This document shows, piece by piece, positions 1 through 13,593 of a stretch of 60,098 bases of DNA. Each line of letters starts with the position of its first letter. Within the stretch, counting starts at the first letter, position 1. Location of the stretch: contig PUPD01000227.1 of the NCBI GenBank assembly GCA_003552985.1, positions 1-60,098 of the forward strand, given 5' to 3'. Under the pieces are notes generated by a model. The model did no database searches and was not told where the DNA came from. It saw only the letters and a program-made list of their open reading frames with translations. The position numbers and the translations under genes are program-made. Source of the DNA: Spirochaetaceae bacterium (GTDB lineage: Bacteria > Spirochaetota > Spirochaetia > DSM-27196 > SLAA01).

Positions 1-118
1 GTATCTTTACTACTTCGAGCTTCAACTTCGACGTAGGGATATCCACCTTCTCGAACCGCGCACGACTACCGTTGCGGATCTTGGTCAGCATATCAGCTAA
101 CGGATCAGATACGCTCAT
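1..118 (-). CDS. rpsH: 30S ribosomal protein S8 (uS8), 5' part, runs off window
   Basis: Manual translation [39 protein letters not shown] is the uS8 N-terminus; lies after S14 in spc order. Confidence 0.95.
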   Translation of the reverse strand, partial: MSVSDPLADMLTKIRNGSRARFEKVDIPTSKLKLEVVKI

Positions 119-134
119 TACAATTCTCCCTCTA

Positions 135-320
135 CTACCAGCTCGATTTCGTAACGCCGGGAATCAGCCCATCGCTGGCGAGTTTTCTAAAACAGATTCT
201 GCACATCTGAAACTTGCGCATATAGCCTCGTGGCCGACCGCAAATGCGGCAGCGATTGACCTTCCTGGTCGAGAACTTCGGCCTCTTCTGCGCTTTAACG
301 ATCATCGATTTTTTCGCCAT
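135..320 (-). CDS. rpsN: 30S ribosomal protein S14, 61-aa Zn-binding (C+) type
   Basis: CRICGRPRG...CRIC zinc motifs, C-terminal GVTKSSW. Confidence 0.97.
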   Translation of the reverse strand: MAKKSMIVKAQKRPKFSTRKVNRCRICGRPRGYMRKFQMCRICFRKLASDGLIPGVTKSSW

Positions 321-332
321 GGAATCCTCGCT

Positions 333-908
333 TTACTTGCTAAACGGCACGCCGAACTTCGTCAGCAAGCTCTTCGCTTCCTGATCATTTTCCGCCGTAG
401 TGACGATTGCGATATTTAACCCGCTTATCTGATCAATCTTGTCGTAATCGATCTCCGGGAAGATAATCTGTTCGGTCACTCCCATCGAAAAGTTCCCGTG
501 TCCATCAAACGCGTTAGGGTTGACCCCGCGGAAGTCCTTCACCCGCGGGAGCGCAACGTCAATCAGCCGCCCGAGAAACTCAAACATTCGGTTCCCACGC
601 AGCGTTACTTTCGCGCCGATTTCGTAGCCCTGACGCACCTTGAAGTTTGCGATCGACTTGCGTGCCTTCGTTTTCACCGCCCGCTGCCCGGCTATCAGTG
701 AGAGCTCCTGCACCGCTGAGTCGAGCGCCTTCTTGTTCTGAATAGCCTCGCCAACGCCCATGCTCAGCACGATCTTCTCGAGACGCGGTACCTGCATTGG
801 ACTCTGATACTCGAACTCCCCCATCATCGCCGGTCGTATACTCTCGAGATACATCTTGCGGAGCGGCGGCACATATTCCTGTACCTCGGCTTGCTGCTTT
901 TCCGCCAT
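333..908 (-). CDS. rplE: 50S ribosomal protein L5
   Basis: [42 protein letters not shown]; spc order. Confidence 0.97.
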   Translation of the reverse strand: MAEKQQAEVQEYVPPLRKMYLESIRPAMMGEFEYQSPMQVPRLEKIVLSMGVGEAIQNKKALDSAVQELSLIAGQRAVKTKARKSIANFKVRQGYEIGAKVTLRGNRMFEFLGRLIDVALPRVKDFRGVNPNAFDGHGNFSMGVTEQIIFPEIDYDKIDQISGLNIAIVTTAENDQEAKSLLTKFGVPFSK

Positions 909-1264
909 TACAACGCCTCTCCAGTCTTGCGCGCAACTCGCACTTTCTTGCCGTTTTCGACTCTGTATCCAATCCGGGTGGCATCGCCGGACTTGGTCAT
1001 GACCGCCACATTCGACACGTGTATCGGCGCTTCAATCTCGACAATACCCCCGCGGTCATTCTGCCTACGCTTCTTCATCGCCTTCTTGACGATGTTCACC
1101 CCTTCCACCAGCACACGGTCCCGCTTGCGGTCCACCCGCAGCACCCGCCCGACTTTTCCTTTGTCCTTGCCGGAGAGAACCTTTACCTGATCCTCTTTGC
1201 GGATCTTGAATCGCTTGCGGTGATGCGCCGGGCTCGCTTGAGCCTTTCTTCTTACGCTTCTCAT
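908..1264 (-). CDS. rplX: 50S ribosomal protein L24
   Basis: KOW motif [29 protein letters not shown]; basic N-terminal extension. Confidence 0.96.
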   Translation of the reverse strand: MRSVRRKAQASPAHHRKRFKIRKEDQVKVLSGKDKGKVGRVLRVDRKRDRVLVEGVNIVKKAMKKRRQNDRGGIVEIEAPIHVSNVAVMTKSGDATRIGYRVENGKKVRVARKTGEAL

Positions 1265-1275
1265 CGCGAACCTCC

Positions 1276-1644
1276 TTACAGCACCTCAGGAGCAAGCGAC
1301 ACAATCTTCATATACCCACCCTCGCGGAGCTCGCGAGCGACCGGTCCGAAAATGCGCTTTCCTTTAGGATTGCTCGTCGCATCGAGTATGACGCATGCAT
1401 TGTCGTCAAAACGGATGTAGGTCCCGTCCGACCGGCGATGCTCTTTCCTGCATCGCACTATCACGGCGCGCTCCACATTCCCCTTCTTGACCGGGGCGTT
1501 GGGAATTGCGTTCTTCACCGCCACAACGACCAGATCGCCGATACCGGCAGACTTGCGCTTGCTTCCCCCAAGGACCTTAATGCACTGCACCTTTTTCGCA
1601 CCGCTGTTGTCAGCGACATTCAGATATGAGTTCATCTGTATCAT
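1276..1644 (-). CDS. rplN: 50S ribosomal protein L14
   Basis: [36 protein letters not shown]. Confidence 0.98.
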   Translation of the reverse strand: MIQMNSYLNVADNSGAKKVQCIKVLGGSKRKSAGIGDLVVVAVKNAIPNAPVKKGNVERAVIVRCRKEHRRSDGTYIRFDDNACVILDATSNPKGKRIFGPVARELREGGYMKIVSLAPEVL

Positions 1645-1655
1645 CGTTCACACCT

Positions 1656-1934
1656 CTATTTCGCGCGTTCGACGATTTCCAAAAGGCGCCAGCACTTGTC
1701 TTTGCTGATCGGACGAGCTTCCTCCACTCGCACCCGGTCACCAACCCGTGCATCGTTACTCGCATCGTGAGCCTTCACCTTCCTGGTACTGGTCACGTAC
1801 TTCTTATACAGCCGATGTACGGCGCGTTTGGTAATCGCAACGACTATTGTTTTGTCCATCTTGTCGCTGACTACAACGCCGGTAAACACCCGCTTTCGCC
1901 TTGCTTTCGTTTGCGCGCTCGTCTGCGTTTCCAC
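1656..1934 (-). CDS. rpsQ: 30S ribosomal protein S17
   Basis: GVVVSDKMDKTIVV, KAHD, RPISKDKCW. Confidence 0.97.
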   Translation of the reverse strand: METQTSAQTKARRKRVFTGVVVSDKMDKTIVVAITKRAVHRLYKKYVTSTRKVKAHDASNDARVGDRVRVEEARPISKDKCWRLLEIVERAK

Positions 1935-1943
1935 GAGAAACTC

Positions 1944-2147
1944 CTACTCTCCCTGCTGCGTAACTTCAGGGTGGTTATAAATTAGCGTATTCAACCGCGC
2001 AATCTGCCGCCGCAATGTACGCTTCTCCAACTGATTGTCTACGTGTCCGATGACCATATTGAACCGTACGTCGAGGTAGCGCTTCTTCAGCTCTTCGCGT
2101 TTGACGACCAGTTCCTCAAAGGTCAGGTCTTTGAACGAGTTCCTCAT
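1944..2147 (-). CDS. rpmC: 50S ribosomal protein L29
   Basis: Start reset to ATG at 2147 (MRNSFKDLTFEEL...LRRQIARLNT); lies between rplP and rpsQ. Confidence 0.92.
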   Translation of the reverse strand: MRNSFKDLTFEELVVKREELKKRYLDVRFNMVIGHVDNQLEKRTLRRQIARLNTLIYNHPEVTQQGE

Positions 2148-2148
2148 C

Positions 2149-2571
2149 CTACGCCCCCTCCCACGAGACCACCTTCGCACGAATCGGCAACTTGCTGGCG
2201 GCAAGCCGCAGCGCGTCATGCGCAAGCTTCTCATTGACACCGGACAACTCGAACATCACGCTTCCGGCCCGTGCAGCCGCCACCCAGTGCTCCGGACTAC
2301 CCTTGCCCTTACCCATCCGGGTCTCAGCCGGCTTCTTGGTATAGGGAATATCCGGGAACAGCCGGATCCACACCTTCCCGCCGCGCTTGATATGACGCGT
2401 CATGGCGATACGGGCCGCCTCTATCTGGCGCGCGGTGATCCAGCTCGACTCCAATGCCACAAGGCCGTACTCACCGAACGAAATCCGATTCCCGCGTCCG
2501 GCCTTGCGACCGAGTGTTGTTCCAATCTTGCGTTGCCGTTTCCTGTATCGTACGCGTTTAGGACTCAGCAT
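2149..2571 (-). CDS. rplP: 50S ribosomal protein L16
   Basis: [31 protein letters not shown]. Confidence 0.97.
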   Translation of the reverse strand: MLSPKRVRYRKRQRKIGTTLGRKAGRGNRISFGEYGLVALESSWITARQIEAARIAMTRHIKRGGKVWIRLFPDIPYTKKPAETRMGKGKGSPEHWVAAARAGSVMFELSGVNEKLAHDALRLAASKLPIRAKVVSWEGA

Positions 2572-2574
2572 TGT

Positions 2575-3276
2575 CTAGCTCCTCGTATCGGCCCGCTCAC
2601 GCTGTCGACGCACCAGCGCACCAGCATCTTCTTTGCGGCTGTACTTCAGCACCTCGCCGTGGAACGCCCACACCTTGACACCGATGGTACCGAACGTCGT
2701 CTTCGCTTCGGCGAAACCGTACTCGATATTTGCCCGCAAGGTATGCAGCGGCACCCGGCCTTCACGCTGCGTCTCGGTCCGCGACATCTCGGCGCCGCCG
2801 AGCCGTCCCGACACCTTGATCTTGATTCCCTGCATGCCGGTCTTCATCGCGCCGGCAACCGCCATCTTCAGCGTTCGCCGAAACGAGGCACGAGAGCGCA
2901 GCTGCCGGGCAACGTTCAGCGCGATCAACTGCGCGTTTGTCTCCGGGCGCTTGATTTCCTTTATCTTTATCTGCAGCTTCTTGCCTACCGCCTTCTGCAG
3001 CTTCTGGCCGATCTTCTCGATATTCGCACCACGCGTGCCGATGATTACTCCCGGACGCGAGGTATGAATCACCAATGTCACCCTTTGCGGATGGCGAATG
3101 ATCTCCACCTCCGCAAGCTCGGCGTTACGGGTCTCCGGCAGCGTGTCCAACAACCTTCGCAGCCGCAGATCTTCGTGCAACGTATCGGCGTACTCCCGAG
3201 GGTCCACATACCATTTCGACCGCCAGGTTTTGTTGATCCCTAATCGAATGCCTATCGGATTTACCTTCTGTCCCAC
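2575..3276 (-). CDS. rpsC: 30S ribosomal protein S3
   Basis: [16 protein letters not shown] motif [17 protein letters not shown]. Confidence 0.98.
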   Translation of the reverse strand: MGQKVNPIGIRLGINKTWRSKWYVDPREYADTLHEDLRLRRLLDTLPETRNAELAEVEIIRHPQRVTLVIHTSRPGVIIGTRGANIEKIGQKLQKAVGKKLQIKIKEIKRPETNAQLIALNVARQLRSRASFRRTLKMAVAGAMKTGMQGIKIKVSGRLGGAEMSRTETQREGRVPLHTLRANIEYGFAEAKTTFGTIGVKVWAFHGEVLKYSRKEDAGALVRRQRERADTRS

Positions 3277-3277
3277 G

Positions 3278-3649
3278 TTACTCTCCCGATCTCGCGATCT
3301 CGTCCACCACCGCGGTGATGTGGCTCATCCGCTTATGCAGAATGTCCGCCCGCCCCCGTGCCCGCGGCCACAAGCGCTTCATGCGCGGCCCCTCGTTTAC
3401 CAGCAGCTCCCGGAGGTACAGCATGTCCTCGTCCATCTGTTTGTTCTGAGCAAGCGCATTTGCCGCAGCCGACTCAATTACCTTCCGGAGCACGCGGGCG
3501 CCCTTCTGCGGCGCGTTCTCGAGCACCGAAATCACCTCCGTGTAAGGCTTGTTGCGCACCTTGTCGGCGATCGGACGAAGCTTGAACGGTGAGATCAGTA
3601 TGTAACGCGCATGCGCGCGGTATCCGCTCTTCTCTGCTGTCTTTGCCAT
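3278..3649 (-). CDS. rplV: 50S ribosomal protein L22
   Basis: ISPFKLR, SAAANA, PRARGRA, SHIT. Confidence 0.97.
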   Translation of the reverse strand: MAKTAEKSGYRAHARYILISPFKLRPIADKVRNKPYTEVISVLENAPQKGARVLRKVIESAAANALAQNKQMDEDMLYLRELLVNEGPRMKRLWPRARGRADILHKRMSHITAVVDEIARSGE

Positions 3650-3660
3650 GCTCTCCGCTC

Positions 3661-3945
3661 CTATTTCCGCTTCCCGGCCTTCTTGTCGGAGCCGGCATGC
3701 CCGCGGAAGATACGCGTCGGCGCAAACTCACCCAGCTTATGCCCTACCAGGTTCTCGGTGATGTAAACCGGCACCCAAGTCTTGCCGTTGTACACCGAGA
3801 TGGTGAGCCCGACCATCTCCGGGATGATCGTCGAACAGCGCGAGTAAGTCTTCACCATCTTGCGGTCGCCGCTTTTGTTCATCTGCACGACCTTGGAGTA
3901 CAGACTCTTTTCGATAAACGGACCTTTCTTAATCGATCTCGACAC
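3661..3945 (-). CDS. rpsS: 30S ribosomal protein S19
   Basis: [22 protein letters not shown]. Confidence 0.98.
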   Translation of the reverse strand: MSRSIKKGPFIEKSLYSKVVQMNKSGDRKMVKTYSRCSTIIPEMVGLTISVYNGKTWVPVYITENLVGHKLGEFAPTRIFRGHAGSDKKAGKRK

Positions 3946-3955
3946 GAGACTACTC

Positions 3956-4783
3956 CTACCTTCTTCGCTTCACGATATGCTTGTCCGAATACTTCCGCTT
4001 GCGCCGGGTGCGATAGCCCTTGGTCGGCTGCCCCCACGGCGTAACCGGATGACGCCCACCCGACGTACGTCCTTCACCACCGCCATGCGGATGATCGACC
4101 GGGTTCATCACGACGCCCCGAACCTTGGGTCGGCGTCCGAGCCAGCGTGCGCGTCCGGCCTTGCCGAGTGCCACATTCATATGGTCTTCGTTGCCGACGG
4201 CCCCTACCGTCGCGCTGCACCGCTTGAAAACCAGCCGAGTCTCTCCCGACGGCAGCCGCACCGTTACGTAGTCCTTCTCCTTGGCAACCACCGTAGCGCG
4301 CGCCCCGGCCGAACGGGCAAGCTGTCCGCCCTTGCCGTGTTGCAGCTCTACATTGTGCACTACCGTACCCATCGGAATGCGCTCCAGCGGCAACGAGTTC
4401 CCCACCGTCGGGGGCGCGTTCTCGCCGCTCATTACGCGGTCGTTCTCACGCAGGCCCTTGGGCGCCAGAATGTAGCGACGCTCTCCGTCGCGATACTGGA
4501 CCAGCGCCACGTTGGCGCTACGATTCGGGTCATACGCGATGCCGACTACCTTGCCTTCGATTCCGTGCTTGTCACGCCGAAAGTCTATTTCGCGCAGCTT
4601 GCGCTTGTGACGTCCGCCCTTGCGGCGTACACTGATGCGCCCCTGCCCATCGCGGCCCGCACCGAACCCCGTACCTTTGGTCAACGACTTCTCGGGACCG
4701 TCGAGCGTGATCTCATCAAATGTCAAGCCGGTACGAAACCGTGTACCCGGCGTGCGCGGTCTGTATTTCTTCACACCCACCAC
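3956..4783 (-). CDS. rplB: 50S ribosomal protein L2
   Basis: [31 protein letters not shown]. Confidence 0.98.
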   Translation of the reverse strand: MVGVKKYRPRTPGTRFRTGLTFDEITLDGPEKSLTKGTGFGAGRDGQGRISVRRKGGRHKRKLREIDFRRDKHGIEGKVVGIAYDPNRSANVALVQYRDGERRYILAPKGLRENDRVMSGENAPPTVGNSLPLERIPMGTVVHNVELQHGKGGQLARSAGARATVVAKEKDYVTVRLPSGETRLVFKRCSATVGAVGNEDHMNVALGKAGRARWLGRRPKVRGVVMNPVDHPHGGGEGRTSGGRHPVTPWGQPTKGYRTRRKRKYSDKHIVKRRR

Positions 4784-4791
4784 TGACTCCT

Positions 4792-5076
4792 TTACGCGCC
4801 TTCGAACACTTCGATGGTCTCACCCGGGGAGAGCTTCACGATGGCCTTCTTCCAGGTCGCAGTGCGGCCGCTCTTGTAGCGAACTCGCCGCGGTTTACTC
4901 TTGACGGTGCTGATATTGCAGCGCACCGGGTTAACCTTGAACAACTCGCGCACGGCCTCCATCACCTGAATCTTGTTGACTCGGGGGTCGACCTGAAACA
5001 CGTACTTGCTCTCTTCGCGCAAAGCGTTCGTTTTCTCACTTAGCACCGGTCTGATAATCACTTGGTCGGCTCTCAT
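4792..5076 (-). CDS. rplW: 50S ribosomal protein L23
   Basis: Start reset to ATG 5076 ([15 protein letters not shown]...WKKAIVKL); the longer ORF call overlaps rplD. Confidence 0.94.
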   Translation of the reverse strand: MRADQVIIRPVLSEKTNALREESKYVFQVDPRVNKIQVMEAVRELFKVNPVRCNISTVKSKPRRVRYKSGRTATWKKAIVKLSPGETIEVFEGA

Positions 5077-5090
5077 TGTCTCCAACCTCT

Positions 5091-5744
5091 CTATTTCTTC
5101 CTGGCGTTGCCGTTCTTCCTGGCGTTGCCGTAAAGCTCGGCTAACCCGGCAGCTGCGGATTCCATCAAGATCACACGCTCTGCATAGTACAGGTCGTGAG
5201 CGCACAACCGCTGGTAAGAAAGAAAACGAAGCCATGGAATATTGCGCGCCGCCCGTTTGACCATCGGGTCGTCGTCCTTCATGATCAATACCGTGCGCTT
5301 TCCCTCGCTGATCGGCCCGAGGATTCCGGCCAGGTCCCGGGTCTTACCCGATTCCACCGTGAAGTCCTCGATCACCCGAAGCGCATCTTGTCGCGCCTTC
5401 ATGCTCAGAATCGACTTCAACGCCACACGCTTCATTGTGCGCGGCAGCTTGTATCCGTAATCGCGGACCTGCGGCCCGAACACCACGCCGCCGCCGACCC
5501 AGATGGGTGACGATCGCCGTCCGGCCCTTGCTCGGCCGGTGCCCTTCTGCCGCCATGGTTTGCGCGTGCTGCCCCGAACCTGGCTTCGCGTCTTGGTGGA
5601 AGCGGTCCCCACCCGGGCGTTTGCCAGCTCATTGCGTATCGCGTGATATATTGAGCCCTCACTGACTTCACGGCTGAACACCGCATCATCGAGTGAGATC
5701 GTCTGCTTAGGCTCTCCGTCCACAGAAAGTACTTGTGTATCCAT
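5091..5744 (-). CDS. rplD: 50S ribosomal protein L4
   Basis: GTASTKTRSQVRG, KPWRQKGTGRARAG, GGGVVFGP. Confidence 0.97.
   Translation of the reverse strand: MDTQVLSVDGEPKQTISLDDAVFSREVSEGSIYHAIRNELANARVGTASTKTRSQVRGSTRKPWRQKGTGRARAGRRSSPIWVGGGVVFGPQVRDYGYKLPRTMKRVALKSILSMKARQDALRVIEDFTVESGKTRDLAGILGPISEGKRTVLIMKDDDPMVKRAARNIPWLRFLSYQRLCAHDLYYAERVILMESAAAGLAELYGNARKNGNARKK
5095..5130. repeat. Perfect 18-bp tandem duplication at the 3' end of rplD
   Basis: ttcttcctggcgttgccg x2, giving C-terminal GNARKN-GNARKK. Confidence 0.9.
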
Positions 5745-5770
5745 CCTCAACGCCCTTTACTACTGCGCCG

Positions 5771-6391
5771 CTACTTCTTCGTCGCGGAGCGGATCTCGAG
5801 ATACCCCCCGCGGCGGCCCGGAACCGCACCGGTGACGAGCATTGCGTTGCGCTCAGGATCAACTCGCACAACTCTCAGATTCTGCACCGTAGCGCGCTCG
5901 CCGCCCATGCGCCCCGGCATCTTGGTTCCCTTGTGAATGCGCGACGGGGTCGCCGCCATCCCGGTTGCCCCGAGCCCACGCTTGAACTTCGACCCATGCG
6001 TCTTGCGCCCGCCGTGAAAACCATGCCGGCGCATCACGCCCTGATACCCTTTCCCTTTCGTGATACCGGCCACGTCGACGAACGCTGCGTTCTCGAGGGA
6101 CTGTACCGTGAGCGTGTCGCCGACGCTGCAGTCCAGATCGAAGTCGCGAAATTCCCGCACATAGCGTTTCGGAGCGACACCATCGGGGTACTGACCCCGC
6201 ACCGGCTTGGTCACCCGGTTCTCTTTCGCGTCGAACGCACCGACCACCACAGCGTTATAACCGTCACGCTCGGCGGTGCGCTGCCCAATCACGACGTTCG
6301 GCTCGACCTCAATCACCGTTACCGGTACCAGCGTGCCGTCGTCATCGAACACCTGCGTCATACCGATCTTTTTTCCGATCAGCCCAATCAT
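5771..6391 (-). CDS. rplC: 50S ribosomal protein L3
   Basis: Start reset to ATG 6391: MIGLIGKKIGMTQVF, TKGKGYQGVMRRHGF, KMPGRMG. Confidence 0.96.
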   Translation of the reverse strand: MIGLIGKKIGMTQVFDDDGTLVPVTVIEVEPNVVIGQRTAERDGYNAVVVGAFDAKENRVTKPVRGQYPDGVAPKRYVREFRDFDLDCSVGDTLTVQSLENAAFVDVAGITKGKGYQGVMRRHGFHGGRKTHGSKFKRGLGATGMAATPSRIHKGTKMPGRMGGERATVQNLRVVRVDPERNAMLVTGAVPGRRGGYLEIRSATKK

Positions 6392-6458
6392 TTGCTTCAC
6401 CTCAACTGCCGCTCGAACTCGCCCGAAGCAGACCCGCCCCGGGCACAACAACGGACTG

Positions 6459-6767
6459 CTACTGTTTGATCTCGACGTCAACGCCGGCCGGCAACTCCAG
6501 CTTCATAAGGGAGTCCATGACCGCGGAGCTCGGCTGAATAATATCAATTAGCCGCTTGTGTGTGCGCATCTCGAACTGCTCGCGCGCCTTCTTGTTCACG
6601 TGCGGCGATCGCAGCACCGTAAACTTGTTGATGCGCGTAGGCAACGGGATCGGGCCCGAGACGGTTGCACCCGATTTGTGCACCGTATCGACGATCGCCC
6701 GTGCGCTCTGGTCAATCAGCTCTACGTCGAATCCGCGCAAGCGCACTCGAATCTTGTTGCTCGCCAT
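6459..6767 (-). CDS. rpsJ: 30S ribosomal protein S10
   Basis: Start ATG 6767 after GGAGG; [31 protein letters not shown]. Confidence 0.98.
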   Translation of the reverse strand: MASNKIRVRLRGFDVELIDQSARAIVDTVHKSGATVSGPIPLPTRINKFTVLRSPHVNKKAREQFEMRTHKRLIDIIQPSSAVMDSLMKLELPAGVDVEIKQ

Positions 6768-6776
6768 CGTTCCTCC

Positions 6777-6814
6777 AAAAAAGCGGAGCCCGGCCGCGAA
6801 CGGCAAGGCCCGCT
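6777..6814 (-). terminator. Intrinsic terminator/attenuator between tuf and rpsJ
   Basis: Minus strand AGCGGGCCTTGCCG-TTCG-CGGCCGGGCTCCGCT followed by a U tract that abuts the rpsJ SD. Confidence 0.7.
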
Positions 6815-6823
6815 ATCCCGGTC

Positions 6824-8014
6824 TTAGTCGACAATATCGATGACCTGACCGCTGGCAACGGTCCGGCCGCCCTCACGGATGGCGAAACGCAGCCCCTTCT
6901 CCATCGCGATGGGATGAATAAGCTCTGCCTCGATCTCAGTGTTATCGCCGGGCATCACCATCTCTTTTCCTTCCGGCAGCATGACCGTCCCGGTAATGTC
7001 GGTGGTACGGAAATAGAACTGGGGCCGATAACCGGTGAAGAACGGCGAATGACGACCACCCTCTTCCTTGCTCAGGCAGTAGATCGTACCTTTGAACTTC
7101 ACGTGCGGCGTGATCGAGCCCGGCTTCGCAAGCACCTGACCCCGCTGCACATCGTTCTTATCTATTCCGCGCAGCAGGGCGCCGATATTGTCGCCGGCCT
7201 CGCCTTGATCGAGCAGCTTATTGAACATCTCAACGCCGGTGCAGGTGGTCTGCTGGGTATCGCGAATACCAACGATCTCGACCTTGTCGTTGACCTTCAA
7301 CACACCGCGCTCGATTCGGCCGGTGACAACCGTACCACGACCCTGAATCGAGAAGATGTCCTCGATCGGCATCAGGAAGTCCTTGTCTTTGGCCCGCTCC
7401 GGGATCGGGAAGTACTCGTCCATCGCGTTCAACAGATCAACGACGCACTTGGTCTGCTCGTCGTCATCCGGATTCATCATCGCGTCGTACGCGCTGCCGC
7501 GCACAACCGGAACCTCATCGCCCGGGAACCCGTACGAGTTGAGGATGTCACGCATCTCTTCTTCAACGAGATCGATGAGGTCGGGATCGTCGACCTGATC
7601 GGTCTTATTGATAAATACGATCAACGCCGGAACGTCCACCTGCCGCGCGAGCAGAATATGCTCTTTAGTCTGCGACATCGGACCGTCGGTGGCGGACACT
7701 ACAACCACCGCACCGTCCATCTGCGCCGCGCCGGTAATCATGTTCTTGATGTAGTCGGCATGTCCGGGGCAGTCGACGTGGGCGTAATGCCGGTTTGCGC
7801 TCTGATACTCGACATGGCGTGTGTTGATCGTAATACCGCGCGCCTTCTCCTCCGGAGCATTGTCGATATCCTCATACTTCATCACTTTGCCGCCGGTAGT
7901 CTTAGCCGACAGCATGGTGATCGCCGCCGTCAACGTCGTCTTGCCGTGGTCAACATGACCGATGGTGCCGACGTTAATATGCGGTTTCGTCCTCTCAAAT
8001 TTTGCCTTTGCCAT
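6824..8014 (-). CDS. tuf: Elongation factor Tu
   Basis: [43 protein letters not shown]. Confidence 0.99.
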   Translation of the reverse strand: MAKAKFERTKPHINVGTIGHVDHGKTTLTAAITMLSAKTTGGKVMKYEDIDNAPEEKARGITINTRHVEYQSANRHYAHVDCPGHADYIKNMITGAAQMDGAVVVVSATDGPMSQTKEHILLARQVDVPALIVFINKTDQVDDPDLIDLVEEEMRDILNSYGFPGDEVPVVRGSAYDAMMNPDDDEQTKCVVDLLNAMDEYFPIPERAKDKDFLMPIEDIFSIQGRGTVVTGRIERGVLKVNDKVEIVGIRDTQQTTCTGVEMFNKLLDQGEAGDNIGALLRGIDKNDVQRGQVLAKPGSITPHVKFKGTIYCLSKEEGGRHSPFFTGYRPQFYFRTTDITGTVMLPEGKEMVMPGDNTEIEAELIHPIAMEKGLRFAIREGGRTVASGQVIDIVD

Positions 8015-8064
8015 TACGTCCTCCTTGCGGCATCGTAACTACAGTTGATCAGAATTATCTGCGT

Positions 8065-8165
8065 TGCTACTGACTGCCCGTGCGACAGCCTGTCGGCACA
8101 CGGATCAGTTGCACCTGGTTTCTACATCTCACAGCGCTTCGACGAAGCGAACCACTGCTGCTGTG
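8065..8165 (-). promoter_or_regulatory. Structured 5' leader of the tuf-S10 transcript (two stem-loops)
   Basis: Hairpin A 8130-8165 (CACAGC...GCTGTG enclosing GCTTCG/CGAAGC); hairpin B 8065-8113 (TGC-ACTGA-CCGTG-CGACA / TGTCG-CACGG-TCAGT-GCA). Confidence 0.5.
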
Positions 8166-8176
8166 TGGGAGTGCGG

Positions 8177-8205
8177 ATTCTAATTCGGAGCAGCCCTTCT
8201 GTCAA
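8177..8205 (-). promoter_or_regulatory. sigma70-type promoter for tuf
   Basis: TTGACA-17 nt-TAGAAT on the minus strand. Confidence 0.75.
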
Positions 8206-8364
8206 GGACATGCGATAAGAGTGGAGTCTTGCAACTATGACTGCAAGCGTACTCGCAGCCGGCCACCTTACCACCCCGTATCTCCGACAACAGCGATACA
8301 GTCTGGATGATCGGTTTGGCACTATACGATCAAGCCGGCAACCCTTGCGCGTACGGCTCAGGCG

Positions 8365-8862
<498 letters not shown>

Positions 8863-9237
8863 TTACGCCTTCGGGCGCTTCGTACCGTACTTCGAGCGCG
8901 CTTTGCGTCGATCATCGACACCCAGGGTGTCCTTAGCGCCGCGCACGATGTGGTAACGCACACCCGGAAGGTCCTTCACACGGCCGCCGCGCAGCAGCAC
9001 AACCGAGTGCTCCTGCAGATTGTGCCCGATTCCCGGGATATAGGCGGTCGCCTCAATTCCGTTCGTCAACCGCACACGCGCGACTTTGCGGAGCGCCGAG
9101 TTCGGTTTTTTAGGGGTAATCGTCATCACACGCGTACAAACCCCCCGCTTCTGCGGACACGCCTGCAGCGCCGGTGATTTCGTTTTGCGCGTTATAGTCT
9201 TGCGACCCTTGCGGATCAACTGATTAATTGTAGGCAT
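8863..9237 (-). CDS. rpsL: 30S ribosomal protein S12
   Basis: [31 protein letters not shown]. Confidence 0.99.
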   Translation of the reverse strand: MPTINQLIRKGRKTITRKTKSPALQACPQKRGVCTRVMTITPKKPNSALRKVARVRLTNGIEATAYIPGIGHNLQEHSVVLLRGGRVKDLPGVRYHIVRGAKDTLGVDDRRKARSKYGTKRPKA

Positions 9238-9297
9238 AACAGTTAGTTACAACTCCTCGGTGTCTATTCCAACGCTTCGTCTGCTCGGTGAGCCCGT

Positions 9298-9322
9298 ACT
9301 GTACCAAGCACCTGCAAAAAAG

Positions 9323-9326
<4 letters not shown>
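9298..9326 (-). promoter_or_regulatory. sigma70-type promoter for rpsL-rpsG
   Basis: TTGACT-17 nt-TACAGT with TGn extended -10; the -35 overlaps the rpoC stop codon. Confidence 0.6.
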
Positions 9327-13555
<4,229 letters not shown>

Positions 13556-13593
13556 TTTGGGGCCTCCTGAAACGAAGCATCCGGGCCGGTCTC

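Noticed and set aside
8080-8322. Short ORFs in the rpsG-tuf spacer as a fusA remnant or small gene
   Set aside because: No EF-G motifs or SD; they overlap the tuf promoter and leader
8863-9237. Streptomycin self-resistance allele in rpsL, prompted by the StsC-like gene
   Set aside because: PKKPNS and RVKDLP motifs are wild type, giving no support for an aminoglycoside-producer reading
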